A DNA stretch of 64,000 nt, taken from contig JBHGNT010000001.1 of assembly GCA_043228905.1 (NCBI GenBank), positions 24,366,001 to 24,430,000 of the forward strand, in the 5' to 3' direction. Below are positions 38,936-52,272 of this stretch, piece by piece. The DNA is from Azolla caroliniana (Eukaryota > Plantae > Polypodiophyta). Position 1 is the stretch's first letter, and each line of letters begins with the position of its first letter. The notes under the pieces are model-generated. The model was not told the origin of the DNA. It did no database searches and saw only the letters and a program-made list of their open reading frames with translations. A program made the translations under genes and the position numbers.

Positions 38936-39351
38936 ATGTTACATGGATTGAGCTCTTGACCATTAGACTCTATGTTGTAATACGAAGGATATTATTTTCA
39001 TTTAAGTTTTACTATAGAAAATTGATGTATATTCTAGATTTCTCTGGAACATTCTAGAAACTTCAGGAGTACTCCTGAGATCACTATAAAAGGAGGCACA
39101 AGGCATTATTTCGAACCAAATCGGTTAAACACTAGTCTTAAGCCTCCTAGTTACTATTGTATATTCTATTAATATATATCTTTTGTTATCATCATTCACT
39201 CTCTCTCTCTCTCTCTCACTCACTCACTCTTTCCTTCTCTCGAGAGTTCTACACCTCGCTTAGTACTAATCCTCATCTTTTAGTACTAATTCCTTCTCTG
39301 TCTTAGTACTGTTCCTGACAATACTTCTCTGGCTTAGTACCGTTCATGACA

Positions 39352-39366
39352 GTTTAAACCGATTTG
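39352..39366 (+). promoter_or_regulatory. Self-priming PBS (no tRNA match)
   Basis: AACCGATTTG (39357-39366) is complementary to CAAATCGGTT (39117-39126), about 32 nt downstream of the TATA box at 39085. Confidence 0.75.
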
Positions 39367-42300
39367 CTCTCCTTCCTTCTCTTCCTTTATCTTCTTACTT
39401 CTCCCTCCCTTCATACTAATATCTTATTCCTCTTTCTCTCATACTATGACCATTGTTAGCACTCAAGAATATCAATCGGTTTTTTCGGAGTTGCAATGCT
39501 TGAAAGAGAAGTTTCTCGGATTGGAACAAGAAAATCAACGATTGTTGGGGGAGCTTCAACAAATATCCTTAGAGAAGTAGCAGACGCAACACCAACATGG
39601 GGAACTAGTGTTATGTGTGCAACATCTCGAAGCAACCATAGTCGCAATGCAACAAGAAGGACCCAGTATGCAAGGGGTTCATAAAGAACCCAAGATCGGC
39701 CTTCCCATGAAATTCGATGGAATGCGATCATAGTTTAGAGGATTCCTTAATCAGGTACGATTAGTCATTCAAATACATCCTTCCCGATATCCCACCGATC
39801 CATCACGAGTGGGTTTAGTAGGCACGTTGTTAAGTGGCTCAACTTTGGCATGGTTCGCTCCGTTGTTAGAAAAGGAATCTCCTTTACTAAACAATTTTGA
39901 AGAGTTTTTAAGTGAGTTTAAAGTCTATTTTGGAGATACTGACAACATAAAGACAACAATCAACAAAATCCGACGATTACGTCAAGGTGATCGTCCAACC
40001 TCTGCATACACTGTAGATTTCCGCCTAATCGCCTCTGATATCCCCTGGGATGACCAAGCACTTATGGAACAATTTTGTTATGGTCTACGTATTGATGTCA
40101 AGGATTTACTTTTGACCTTCCCCGAAGAACCAAAGTCATTGACAGAAGAAATCAGTTGCACGGTGAGATGCAACAATCGTCTTTTCGAACAATGTTTGGA
40201 ACGTTAGTTCCAGATTCCAAGGGCAAAGATCAGAGCCCACCTACGCCTCAGTGGTAGCGAAACCTTTTCCAAGGGAGTCATATAATATGTCTCTAGTGAA
40301 TACTCCAACTCCGATGGAAATTGACACTACACATCGTCACAGACCATTATCCGAAGAAGAAAAGAAACGGCCCCGAGCAAATCGACTGTCTTTATTGTGG
40401 TAGACTAGGGCATATTGCAGTGAACTGTCCCCATAGGCCAAGAAGATAGGTGAACCAAATAGTTGCTAGTTTTAATTGTACTAAACCCGAGTCTATTTCA
40501 ATGGGAATATCTGATAGTCCTAATAGTTCTAATAGCCCAAATCTATCGAACAAATTTGATGTCCTTAGTCAGTTAGAAGAAGAGTTAAATGACTAAGTCT
40601 AGCCAAAATAGGACCCGTTTAGTTGGACATCCCTAGATCTGTGCAGCCCATTAGTGCTTCCATTCCCTCTAAGCAAGTTAGCAATGTGTTCTTAGCCCAA
40701 GTAACAATTAGTACTAAAAGTACCTCTCTAGTACATGTCTCAACACTCCCAGATTCTGGAGCAAATTCTTGCTTCGTGGATAGGAATTTTGTCCATGATC
40801 ATCAGATATCCCGAAGAAAACTCCTGTGTCCAGCCTCTGTAGTAGTCATTGATGGTCGTCCCATTGCTTCCAGAAATATCATAGAAGAGTCAGAACCCGT
40901 TAATATTGTCCTAGATAATTTAGCGAGTGTAGTATCCTTTAATATAATTATTATCCCAGAACATCCCATTGTTTTGGGATTACCATGGCTTGAATTACAT
41001 AACCCAGACATAGATTGGAGAACAAGGGAAATCCGGTATCGACAAACCCGAGGATCTACTCATAAGATTGCAACCATTTCGCTACATCAGTTGCGTGAGG
41101 AAGGATGCAAGGAAGAAATGTTTCTCTTCGCAGTATCAGTAAAAACCCTCCAACACCACTAAAGAGGAGTCCACCGTTCAACTTCCAGAGAAGTATCTTC
41201 ATTATGCTGATGTGTTCGATAAAGTACAAGCCAATACGCTTCCTCACCATCGACCGTATGATTGCCCCATGGATTTACAACCTGGAAAACAGCCACCATG
41301 GGGACCGATCTACAATTTGTCACCAACCAAGCTAGAAGTCCTTCAAGCCTATATAAAGGAGAATTTGGCAAATGGTTTCATTCAACATTTGAAATATCCA
41401 GCTGGCGCACCCATTTTCTTCGTTAAGAAAAAGGATAGATCACTTCGTCTCATCATAGATTACTGTGGCTTGAATAAGGTCACCATCAGGAATATGTACG
41501 CACTTCCCCTTATCTCAAGTCTTTTAGAACAGATCAATGGTGCAAGGTTCTTCACAAAGATTGACTTACGAGAAGCATATAACCTCATACGGATACGACC
41601 AGGAGATGAATGGAAGACCGCATTTCGCACCAAATATGGGCAGTTCGAGTATACGGTCATGCCATTCGGCCTCCCTAATGCACCAACAGTCTTCTAGCAC
41701 ATGCCAAGTGATATATTCCAAGATCTCTTGGATGTTTGTTTGATCATCTATTTGGATGATCTACTGGTTTATTTGAAGACCCAAGAAGAGCATGATTCTC
41801 ATGTACTATTAGTACCAAAATGACTTTGAGAACATGGTCTTTATGCAAAGCTGGAAAAATGTAGTTTTGAGTGCAACCAAGTAAAATTTTTGGGCTATGT
41901 CATTTCCTTAGAAGTTATCTCCATGGATCCAACTAAGGTCAAAAATATGGTAGAGTGGCAGGCTCTGTGTTCGTTGCAAGATGTGCAATGCTTTTTAGGC
42001 TTTGCTAATTTCTACCGCAAGTTTATACAGGATTACACAAAGCTTGTTCTACCTCTCACACAGCTCACTAGGAAGGGACAATCGTTCGTTTGGTCTAAAG
42101 AAGCAGACATGGCTTTTGAGAATCTTAAGAAGGCATTTACATCAGCTCCTATTGTAGCTCATGTTGATCCAGAAAAACCATTCATCATCGAAGCAGACGC
42201 GTCGGATTTTGTGTTGGGTAGCATTATGTCACAACACCATCCTGTGGCCTTCCACTCACACAAGTTTGATGCCGCCAAAATCAACTATGAAATTCATGAT

Positions 42301-43150
42301 AAGGAGCTATTAGCAATAGTGGACTCTTTTACGCAATGGAGGCATTTTCTAGAGGGATCTTCTCATCAAGTCACCATATTAAGTAATCACAAAAACCTCA
42401 AGCCTACTTTCATAATGCTTGTCTGTTAAATCAACGTCAAGCTCGTCGGGCCCAATTCCTCACTCGTTTCAATTTCAAAATTACATATTGTCCGAGGAAG
42501 CAACAAGGGAAGTCAGGTGCATTATCACGACACTTGTATCTAGCACCACATCCTGGCGAGTCGGCTTTCGATAACCAAAAGCAAGTAATCCTGGGACCAA
42601 CACGACTGCAAGCAACACAGGTCTTTAGTATGCCCTTGGATTCCCATGTTGTCGATACCATACGTGAGGACTTGAAGACTGATGCTTTCGCCCAAGCCAT
42701 TGTAGCAAAAATTGATCCCTCTCGAGCATCTTGTTCATAGTCTCAACAACCAGGTACGGACTATCGACAATTCGAATGTCATGATGGATTACTATTCTTT
42801 AAGAAACTCTTGTATGTTCCTAATGGTTATTGTCGCCTTTGAGTAGTCCAAAACTGTCATGACACATATATAACTGGGCATTTTGGTAGTACTAAAACAT
42901 TAGATTTAGTACAACGATCATGCCGGTGGCCCCATATGTGAAAATTTGTCGAAGATTTTGTTCGGAATTGTGATACATGTTGCAGAGAAAAAATGCCAAG
43001 GCATCATCCATATGGTTTATTAGAACCATTACCAATTCCAAGCAAGCTGTGGCAATCCATTGCTCTAGATTTCATCACTGATCTTCCAGTCTCTAAGGGA
43101 TTCGATGCAATCTTAACAGTAGTAGATTGATATATGAAGATGGCCCATTT

Positions 43151-43772
43151 TCTGCCATGTACTAAGGAAATCTCGAGTGAGGAAACTGCCAAAACTGTCA
43201 TGCGTGAAGTATGTCGGCATCATGGCCTTCCTAATAGTATCACTAGCGACTGTGGCCCCTAGTTCGTCTCGAAATTCTAGAAGCACCTCTTTAAAATACT
43301 CAAGGTCACTTGTAACCTCTCCTCCGGCCACCACCCGCAAACAAACGGCCAAGCTGAACGAACAAATCAAATGCTCGAGCAATATCTTCGGTTCTTTCTA
43401 AGCTATCATCAAGAGAACTGGGCGGATATTCTCCACTTTGCCGAATTTGCGTATAATAACTCTGCCATGTAGTAAGGAAATCTCTCCAGTGCGGAAACCT
43501 CCGAAACTGTCATGCGTGAAGTATGTCAGCATCATGGCCTTCCCAATAGTATCATCAGCGACTGTGGACCCTAGTTCATCTCGAAATTCTGGAAGCACCT
43601 CTTTAAAATGCTCAAGGTCACTTGTAACCTCTCCTCCAACTACCACCCGCAAACAGACGGCCAAGCAGAACGAACAAATCAAACGCTGGAGCAGTATCTT
43701 TGGTGCTTTCTAAGCTATCATCAAGATGAGTGGGCGGATATTCTCCACTTCACCTAATTTGCGTATAATAAC
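43151..43772 (+). repeat. ~310-bp tandem duplication inside the integrase
   Basis: 43151-43460 is repeated at 43461-43772. Confidence 0.9.
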
Positions 43773-46645
43773 TCCGTCTAGTCATCGACAAAGTTTACAC
43801 CATTTTATGCTTATACAGGCTGTCACCCCCGATGGTGTGTATTTGAAACCCCAGAGCTACCCACAAATCCTTGCGCAGAGGATCGTTTGGAGCGGTTACG
43901 CAAGATACAAGTAGATTTATCTACTCATCTACAACAAGCTCAACATACACACAAGGTTTACGCGGATCGTCTTCGGTTTCCATCCAGTTTTAACATTGGA
44001 GATCGGGTATGGCTACTATGACGACACATCAAGACTACTCGCCCATGCAAGAAGTTGGATTATTGGCGATTAGGTCCTTTCCGTATTATCAGACAAATTA
44101 ATGATGTAGTTCCATCCCAGGTTGTATTAAAGAACCTCCACCCTTGATCGAACTTGAAGATGGACCTGAGTACGAGGTTGCCGCCATCCTCGATTCCAAG
44201 ATTGTTCGGAACAAGCTCTACTATTTAGTCGATTAGCTAGGATATAGTTCCAACGAGCATACTTGGGAACCAATAGAGAATGTGACCAATGCTCATGCTC
44301 TTCTTGATAACTTCCATCGTCGTTTTAAATGGGGGATAGTGTCATGATATGGCAAGACTCGAACCCATGACCTTACGTTACATGGGTCGAGCTCTTGACC
44401 ATTAGACTATATGTTGTAATACGAAGGATGTTATTTTCATTTTTAAGTTTTACTATAGAAAATTGATGTATATTCTAGATTTCTCTAGAACATTCTAGAA
44501 ACTTTAGGAGTACTCCTGAGAACACTATAAAAGGAGGCACAAGGCATTACTTCGAACCAAATTGGTTCAATGCCAATCTTAAGAGTCCTAGCTACTATTG
44601 TATATTCTCTTAACATAATATATATCTTTTGTTATCATCATTCTCTCTCTCTCTCTCACTCTTTCCTTCTCTCAAGAGTTCTACACCTCCCTTAGTACTA
44701 ATCCTCATCTTTTAGTACTAATTCCTTCTCTGTCGTAGTATTGTTCTTGACAGTACTTCTCTGTCTTAGTACCATTCATGACACAGGCTGGTCCGGAGTC
44801 GATACGAAGTTTGAGATTCCAATCCAGGGGTGTGGAGACTAGTTAGCGATCTATCATGCCGAACTTGTACAACATATTTAGCACATAATGTCCCTGAGCT
44901 AACAACATGTCGTTGGGGGTATGGATAACCTCGATCCTGAGGAAGTAATGAAGGTCCCCCATGTCCTTCATTTCGGATGCATCTGATAGCTGGGACTTCA
45001 CTTGCCCGATTCCAGCGAGACCGGGTTCGGTGATGACTAGATCATCCACATATATTAGGATACATACCGGACCGTCTAGACCTTTCTGAATGAACAGTGA
45101 AGAGTCTAACTTTGAGGCCACAAACCCCATCCTACGTAACCTGTGCGTGATCTTTGAATTCCAAGCACGGGGAGCTTGCTTCAGGCCATAAAGTGACTTC
45201 TTGAGTCGACACACTTTTTATTGGTTGATCTCCGATTGAAAACCAGGGGGTTGGATCATGTAGGCTTGTTCTTCAAGGTCACCTTGAAGAAATGCATTTT
45301 TCACGTCCATTTGGTGAAGATTCCACCCCCTTGCCGCAACAACTACTAGCACCACATGAACCGTTGTCATCTTCGCTACCAGAGCAAAGGTCCCTTCGTA
45401 GTCGATTCCGTGGCTCTGCACATATCCTTTCGCCACTAATCGGGCCTTGTACCAGTTGACCGAACCGTCAACATTATACTTTACCTTGTACACCCACTTG
45501 CAACTGATCGGATTGCAATGTCGATGAGGGTTTGCCAAGTTCCATGTATTGTTGGCATCAAGTGCACACATCTCTTCTTCCAATGCGGCACACCAATGTG
45601 CTTCCTTGGTCGCTTCTACGTAGCTCTCTAACTCACGAACCTCTGCCACTTTTGTCATGTACGCATAGTGATGCCCCATGTACTCATTATATCTGTATCT
45701 CATTACGGGGTTCTTCTGGTGGGTCTTTCGACGTAACTTTTTGTTAGCGGATTTCAAGGACCCCTTGGTTGGCTCGTACTTCATCAGCGAAAGTCCATCT
45801 TCGTTATATCCAGAGTCGGATTCGCTCTAATCCAACTCTTGTCTGCTGGGGTCATATTTAGATATGATCTTCCTCCCCTTCTCTTTCCGTTTAAACCGTG
45901 TCCTTGGTTCCTTATGCGGGGAAAGCATGACCGAGTTTTCGTTGCTCGCCCGCTCCTCATCTTGCTGGTCTTTCTGACTTAGCTCTTCATTTGACCCACT
46001 CAACCGAAATGAGATCGGACTCTCATCTAAAGTACCAAATCCTTCTTCTTCTTCTCCCCTAATCGTTTCTTGCTCATTGGACTCATATTCCAGAATCGGG
46101 GGTCAGAGTCGGCAAAGAATACCAAAATGCCGATTCTTCAAACTCGACATCTCAGCTTACTCAGACTGTCTTTGTCTCGGGGTTGTAACACTTATCTTCT
46201 GGTCATGACAGTAGTCGACTAGTATGCACTTCTCCGACTTCGGGTCCAACTTTCTTCGCTTCTCATTCGGTACATGCACATATGCTATGCTACCGAATAC
46301 CTGAAGGTGCCTTAGATTTGGCTTCTAGGGGTTGTAGCACTTATACCCCTTTTGCTTATGACAATAGTCGACTAGTATGCACTTCTCCGACTTCGGGTCC
46401 AGATTTCTCTGCTTCTCATCCGGTACATGCACATAGGCTATGGTACCGAATACCTTAAGGTGCCTTCGATTCGGCTTTCGCCTGAAATATAGCTCGTGTG
46501 CTGACACCTTATCCCCGATCCGGTTTTTGATGTAAACGATTGTTCGGACCATTTCGGCCCACTAGCACTTGGGCATGCTCTTCTCCTCTAACATTGCCCA
46601 TGCCTCTTCGACGATCGACAGGTTCTTCCTTTCAACCACACCATT

Positions 46646-48077
46646 TGAACCACGGCCCAATCAGTCGTGAGCTCTTCATCCGTCTCAAAGAGGAGACCCA
46701 CCTTCTCGCAGTTGAGCAAGTCGACCGACTGACTTCACAAAGAGAAGGTGCTTGCTCGTATCGAGCATAGTTCAGTCTAGTGTTGAGAGTTGCACAAACC
46801 ACTTCTCAAACTCCAGAAGAAGCGTCAACGTACTTCGATCCTTGTTAGGGGTCTCGATCCAGTCCATGAATTCTTTCTTCGACAATCAGAGTGAATCATC
46901 GAAGCTGTACCTTTCAAGGAGCTGCCCCTCGAAGTCTGCCCAATGATGGCAGTCTGCTTGCACTTCGAGCACCTCATCGTGGATGCTCTGTGTAATGACC
47001 TGAGGGAATCCGGCTAGCAGTCTGGCCTCCGGTATATCTGTCATCATCATTTTGGCCCGGTACGCCTGCAGATAGCTCGTCGCATCTTCACCATTGAATC
47101 AGCCTATCGCGCCGATGATTGACTCTATGGCTCTATTGAGGGCACACATGCCGTCTCTAGCGTTCACTAGGCGGTTGAAGGCCACCGCCATCGCTTTAGC
47201 AAGTTAGCTTCCTCTCATCCCAGACTCCGTTGCCACCGCCCCTTTCACATCAGGTTCACCAAACATGTTGCGGAAATGGCGGGCATGTGTAGGGTCTTAG
47301 ACGGGATCGCGGGGGCCTCGAACCAAGGAGCCGGTGTGAGTAGGAAGGATTTCTGAAAGTGTATACCAGGTCAGTTTCCGGTTCCGGGATGACGAACAAC
47401 AAGTGTGCAAGATCAGAGGCATGGTTGCGGCAGGCAAGGCGTTAGGCAGTGAGCAATAGCACGCAACATAGGACATGGGCTAACGTGGGTATCGGACAAA
47501 GACAAAAGAGGACGCGTATGCAATACGTAGAAAATATCGACATGCCCTGGGAAATGACGAAACAAGTAGATTGAAACAAGAGAAGAGTAGAACCAGACCC
47601 AATCATTAACAGAGCCACTCACTCTCCAAACACACACACACAGAACAAAACTATGAACATCTGGTCGGGAGCTCACGGGCTTCCTGCACGAGCAGAGACT
47701 TCACCTTCAGTATATAGCACAAGGCAAAGAGAGAGAGAGAGCTCGGCACTCAAACCGACAACACTTCATCCCCAAATCGTTGATTCCCAAATAGTCTCAA
47801 ACCTCCCCATTTAATAGAGAAAGGCAAGTCGTTACATCATCATAAAGCCATCCATTTCGGACAGAGATTTCCCTCGATTTCCTCCACCGAATATTATTCT
47901 TATTCTCTACATGTGTGGGACTTTAAGTACCCATTAAATCCCACTACCTAGTACTTACTAGTCATATGTTATCAACACGTGTTTGTACATAAAGACTTGA
48001 TTTGTGTGCATTGGTGCACACACTCGTTCTTATGCGCTCCGCTCCATTTCCCTCTAGGGCCGGAATCCTTCACGACA
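46646..48077 (-). mobile_element. Trp-family Gypsy 5' fragment: LTR 47266-48077, PBS 47244-47261, gag remnant
   Basis: Minus strand TGTCGTGAAG...GCAACA, then TGGTGAACCTGATGTGAA; gag FNGEDATSYLQAY and LTTDWAVV. Confidence 0.85.
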
Positions 48078-49403
48078 ACGTTCAGCTTGCTTGCTCAACA
48101 CCTCCCCTCAAGCTCAGCTTGAGGTCGTTCAGTCCTGTCAACATTCGCCAGTCCTTGTCTCTGGCTCCTCCTAGCGTCTTCATGCCCTGCTCGCACTCCT
48201 CGACCCGTCCAGTCCCGCGCATCTCAACTTCCTCGACCGGCTTGTCTACTCATTAGGCCCATCTCAACCTCCTTCATCGGCACCCCTTGGCCTATCTATA
48301 CCTTCGTTTCGATGTCGGCTTTGGCTGCCTCCCTGTCTGCTTGGCCTTAATGAGATTCAGCTCAATGACATCTGAATCGAACCATTCAAACGAATCGACT
48401 ATTTGCGATTCGTTCTTTCTTTTGTCCGAATTGGCTGTCTCCAATTTGTCATCCTTCTCCAGGCCCTTGACGACATCCAACCATGTCTTGGTCCTGACCT
48501 TTCTCTTCCGGTCGGCTTTGTCCTTCTTGACTTTGCCACCTTTGCTGCCTGGTCCGGCTCTTCTGAATGTGTTGACTTCTTCAATCAATTTGGCACCTTC
48601 TTCAACTTCCTCCTGTTGCTCCTATTGCTCCACCTGTTCTCCCCCTTAAGTGCGGCACGTCAAGATGTTGTAACCCAAGCATCTCTGAAAAATATTGCAA
48701 CCTGTCCAATCTGAGCGGCTTGGCGAAGATGTTGGCAACATGTCAATCGGTTCGAACATATCTGAGTTCGACTTCACTACGTAGGACCCGTTCGTGCACA
48801 AAGTGATAATGCACTTCTATGTGTTTTGTGCGAACATGGAAAACGAGGTTGTTGGCTAGCTGCATGCTACTGATATTGCACAATAGATCGGAATCAGAGT
48901 GGGAACTTCAACTTGTAAGTCATGCAATAATTGTCGGAGCCATATAGCCTCACAAGTTGCAATCGTGATGCCTTTATACTCAGTTTCAATGATTGATAGA
49001 GAGAGCAAAATAGCATAAGTTCAAATTACAAAATATCACTCTATACATACAATGTGCTCAGAGACCACTTTTATACAAGTCCATAAAAGGACTGATAGAA
49101 GTACTAACAACTACTCAATGCTCGTATCGAGCTACTGACACTAACTCCTAGGATAACTACTTAGTAGTCTAGGAGTGTAGACCTCCAACGGCCTACCGGT
49201 TTGCACGTGAGTCTGATTCTCTGATCCAGCTCCTGGGTCCGACTCTCTAATGCAGATCAAGTTTAGCTTGTCTGCTCAACACTCCCCCTCAAGCTCAACT
49301 TGAGGTTGGATCTCAGTGTCAGGCTTTGCCGATTCTTGCAGTTGGCTTTTCCTAGCATCTTCTCGCCTTGCTCGCTCTCCTCAACCCGTTCGGTTCCGCT
49401 TTC
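48078..49403 (-). mobile_element. Fragments of copia 3' ends (LTR stub, PPT, extension ORF, RH remnant, second LTR ~48995-49281, PPT)
   Basis: KHIEVHYHFV.ERVL; PPTs cctcccctcaagct at ~48101 and ctccccctcaagct at ~49282; similar to 36803-37950. Confidence 0.75.
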
Positions 49404-50014
49404 TGTTATCCGTTCCTTTGGTAAACACTTTCAATGAGCCCACAGGCTATCGAGGTCAAGGGATCGTGTTACATGGAAGTTTCTTCTACACGGGGGAAAA
49501 AACGAGAACACGGATCGTACACGGGCTACAACCCGTTAAGTATGAACGTAGCCCGATTTACGAGTACGCGAAGAATCCACAGATAGAAGTTTAGAAAAGA
49601 CGACACTTATATTTCGTGATAAAGCTTACAACGATTACAATACTCGGCCTCAGCCGGAAACAGTATGTACAAAGCTTGCTCCTATGATATTACGCTCGCT
49701 CAGAATGATCTCGATATCCCCCATTGCCAAGGTACGGAAACCTCGGTTTATATACTTTTTCTTCATACAGAGCCGAGCCGTCGGCTGACTATGAAGCTCG
49801 AAGCTCGGCGTTTTCCTAAACTCTACCTTCCTCACCGACTAACCTTACCTACCGGCGTATTATATTTAACTAATTTATCTTTTTGTCCCATGGACAACAC
49901 TTGACACGCCCGTGGGATAGGACTTTGTCCATCGGACCCATGGTTCACAAGGATTTGGCAAAACAACACAAATTACAAAAATTTCATGTTCCTACGAGGG
50001 CTTATAGGTTGGTT

Positions 50015-51148
50015 TTATTCCTCTTCCAATATGCCGAGGATATCCTCGGGGGCGTGGGGTTGGTCTGGCTGCTCGGCAGGTGGGGTTGGTGATGGAGGTT
50101 CTGTTGTCGAGTTGGGGATGGCAGTGTCATCGCTTGTGCCCTCCTCTGTTGGGACCGATTCAGGCAAGGTCGGGGTTATAGTCTGTGGCTCGGGTGGGAT
50201 GTCGAGGTCTGTAGGGGCAGGTTCCTCCGGTCGAGCTGTCGTGGTGAGTGGCTCGGTTGGGATGTGGAGGTTTGTAGGGGCAGGTTCCTCTGGTCTAACT
50301 GTCGCGGTGGTTGACTCGGGTCCTTGCTCGGTGGTTGTGGGAGCTCTGTTAATCCCGGTAGCGAGTCGTTCCTCCTCGTACGCTTCGGCTTCTAAGCGAA
50401 ACACCATTAGATCATCGTTTAATTCGTCCAAGAGTTGTTCGATGGCCGCGGTGTGGGAAACTGCTAAGGCATGATATTCCTCCGTTAAGTCCTCGCAGAG
50501 GGTCTGGATGTTGGTGTCATCCATCTTGTAAAACCCTCGACACTCCTTCCGTCGGTTCTCGACATCCGCGCGTAGTATGTGTAGTTTCGCGGCTTGGGCT
50601 GACCACCCTTGCTAGACATGGTTAAGCGTTTCTTTGATCTTCGTGGTGAATTGTTGGCAATACTTGTTGATTAGGATCTTTATTTTAGTATCTTCCATGC
50701 TGATGCTAGCGCGGTAAACTTCCATTGCCTCCCTTGCGGCCTTGGCTTCTGCTTGGCTTTTGCGGACGAGGAGTGCTAAAGTAGCTTGATTATCCTTTGC
50801 TTTCTCGGTGATGAGCGTGATTGTCTGCTCATAGCGTGTGATGAGCTGAGCTATAGTTTCGTCCGTGTCCTGTCGCCAAGCATCCCAATGTTGTTCTCTA
50901 GCGGCGAAGTGATCGGTTTGCAACTGGTGATGTGCATCGGAAATTTTTGCCCTTTCCTCTTCCAAGATCCTCCATTTTTGCATATGTTTGTTGGCCATGT
51001 CTTGTAAAGCTCTTTGATGACGTTGTAATTCTTGGGTGTCCTCGAAGAGCTCTTGTTCCCGTTGGCTATTCCACTCAGCTTCTTTGATGAAACGTTCTTT
51101 GGCCTCAGTGATAGAAACCTGAAGGGTCATCACCTCTCGTTCTCGCAC
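50015..51148 (-). pseudogene. Coiled-coil and Pro/Thr-rich C-terminal part of the retrotransposon extra ORF
   Basis: ORFs 50612..51148 and 50015..50524; the latter ends EDILGILEEE, like QSILDILNEE at 61043. Confidence 0.65.
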
Positions 51149-52272
51149 TTCAAGCGCGACTTATGTTACCCGGCCGGCAAAGACCAGGGTGTGAAAAGGG
51201 GAATTGTTATTTCGGAATCTGTTGAAATTACTAGTCTTAATAATATATTAATATATGAGAAGATGTGGACAGACGGACCGGAATCGGTATGCCGATCCGG
51301 ATCCGGACCGATCCCGAATAGGTGTCGGTTGGCACCATTTTGTACTTCACACCGGTGACCTATATAAAGGCCCGGTTACAATGTAGTCATTAACGGAGAG
51401 TAATATAAACCTTTTGTTTAATCATTGAGTATTGTTCACCGTTCTGTGTTTATTGTATATCTGACGCGTGTTAATGACGTATTGCTAAGTAACCGATTAA
51501 GGTCCAATTAGACGTTGTGTCGTAAGTTATCTCGCCGTAACACCCTTTGGTGAAGTGTCTTGAGTGGACACCCTATGTTAGGCTGTTTTCCGGCCCTAAG
51601 GATTAACACAGTTTTTCGTGACCACGATTCCTGCACAATCGCAGTGAACAGCGGCGGAAATGGATGACTAGGCCAACAGACGACCCGGTTATGGAGAGAG
51701 CACGAAGACTTGCTGAACGGCAAAGGCGGCGAGAGGCTTTCCAGGAAGCAGCGGAAGAAATCCGATCAGATCGATCATTTTCCAAAGTTATCCGAAAAGT
51801 GGTGGGGGAGTCGCTCCGTCTGTAACAAAACGCCTACCTGGACGAAGGAAGCATCTTAAGCAGTCTCCGGGAATCAGAATCCCTTCTCCAAGCCTTGGCC
51901 AAAAGAGACAGTGAATCCGACGCATTTTCAGTGCTGGAATCGGATTCAGAAGGGGGTTACAACGCGCACACGAACTATCGCAGCAATAACGACACCCCAG
52001 GAGGACCAGAGGACGAGGAGTCGGATACATTACTGACACCGGAACCAAAATTCTCAGACATGGAACCTCCGACACTAGACGTGGAGCTACCTCCGGAGAG
52101 AGAAGAGGACAAAGAAAGACCTCTGACACCGGAAGTCGAGCCGACAACACCGAAAGAGGACCCGCAAAGACCTCTGACTCCGACAAAGGACCAACAATGA
52201 CCTCCAACGCCGACGGAAGAGCAGGAAAGACCACCGACACCGCCAGCCCACGCACCAACACCGGACGATGAC

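Larger units (their letters stand above)
38426..44783 (+). mobile_element. Full-length degenerate chromovirus (Tcn1-like Ty3/gypsy)
   Basis: LTRs 38426-39351 (with insertion) and 44340-44783; TSD CAGGC/CAGGC; gag, PDSGA protease, RT YLDD, RH EADASD, INT, chromodomain EYEVAAILDS..YYLVD.LGY...TWEP; PPT GGGGGATAG. Confidence 0.95.
36803..46645 (-). mobile_element. Copia 3' part (INT-RT-RH, C-terminal extension, 3' LTR 36803-37156), split by a chromovirus
   Basis: PPT AGCTTGAGGGGAAG next to the LTR; WVYKVKY..YKARLVAKG, QMDVKNAFL, LKKSLYGLKQAPRAW, YVDDL; 5' end lost at NGV.ERKN. Confidence 0.85.
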
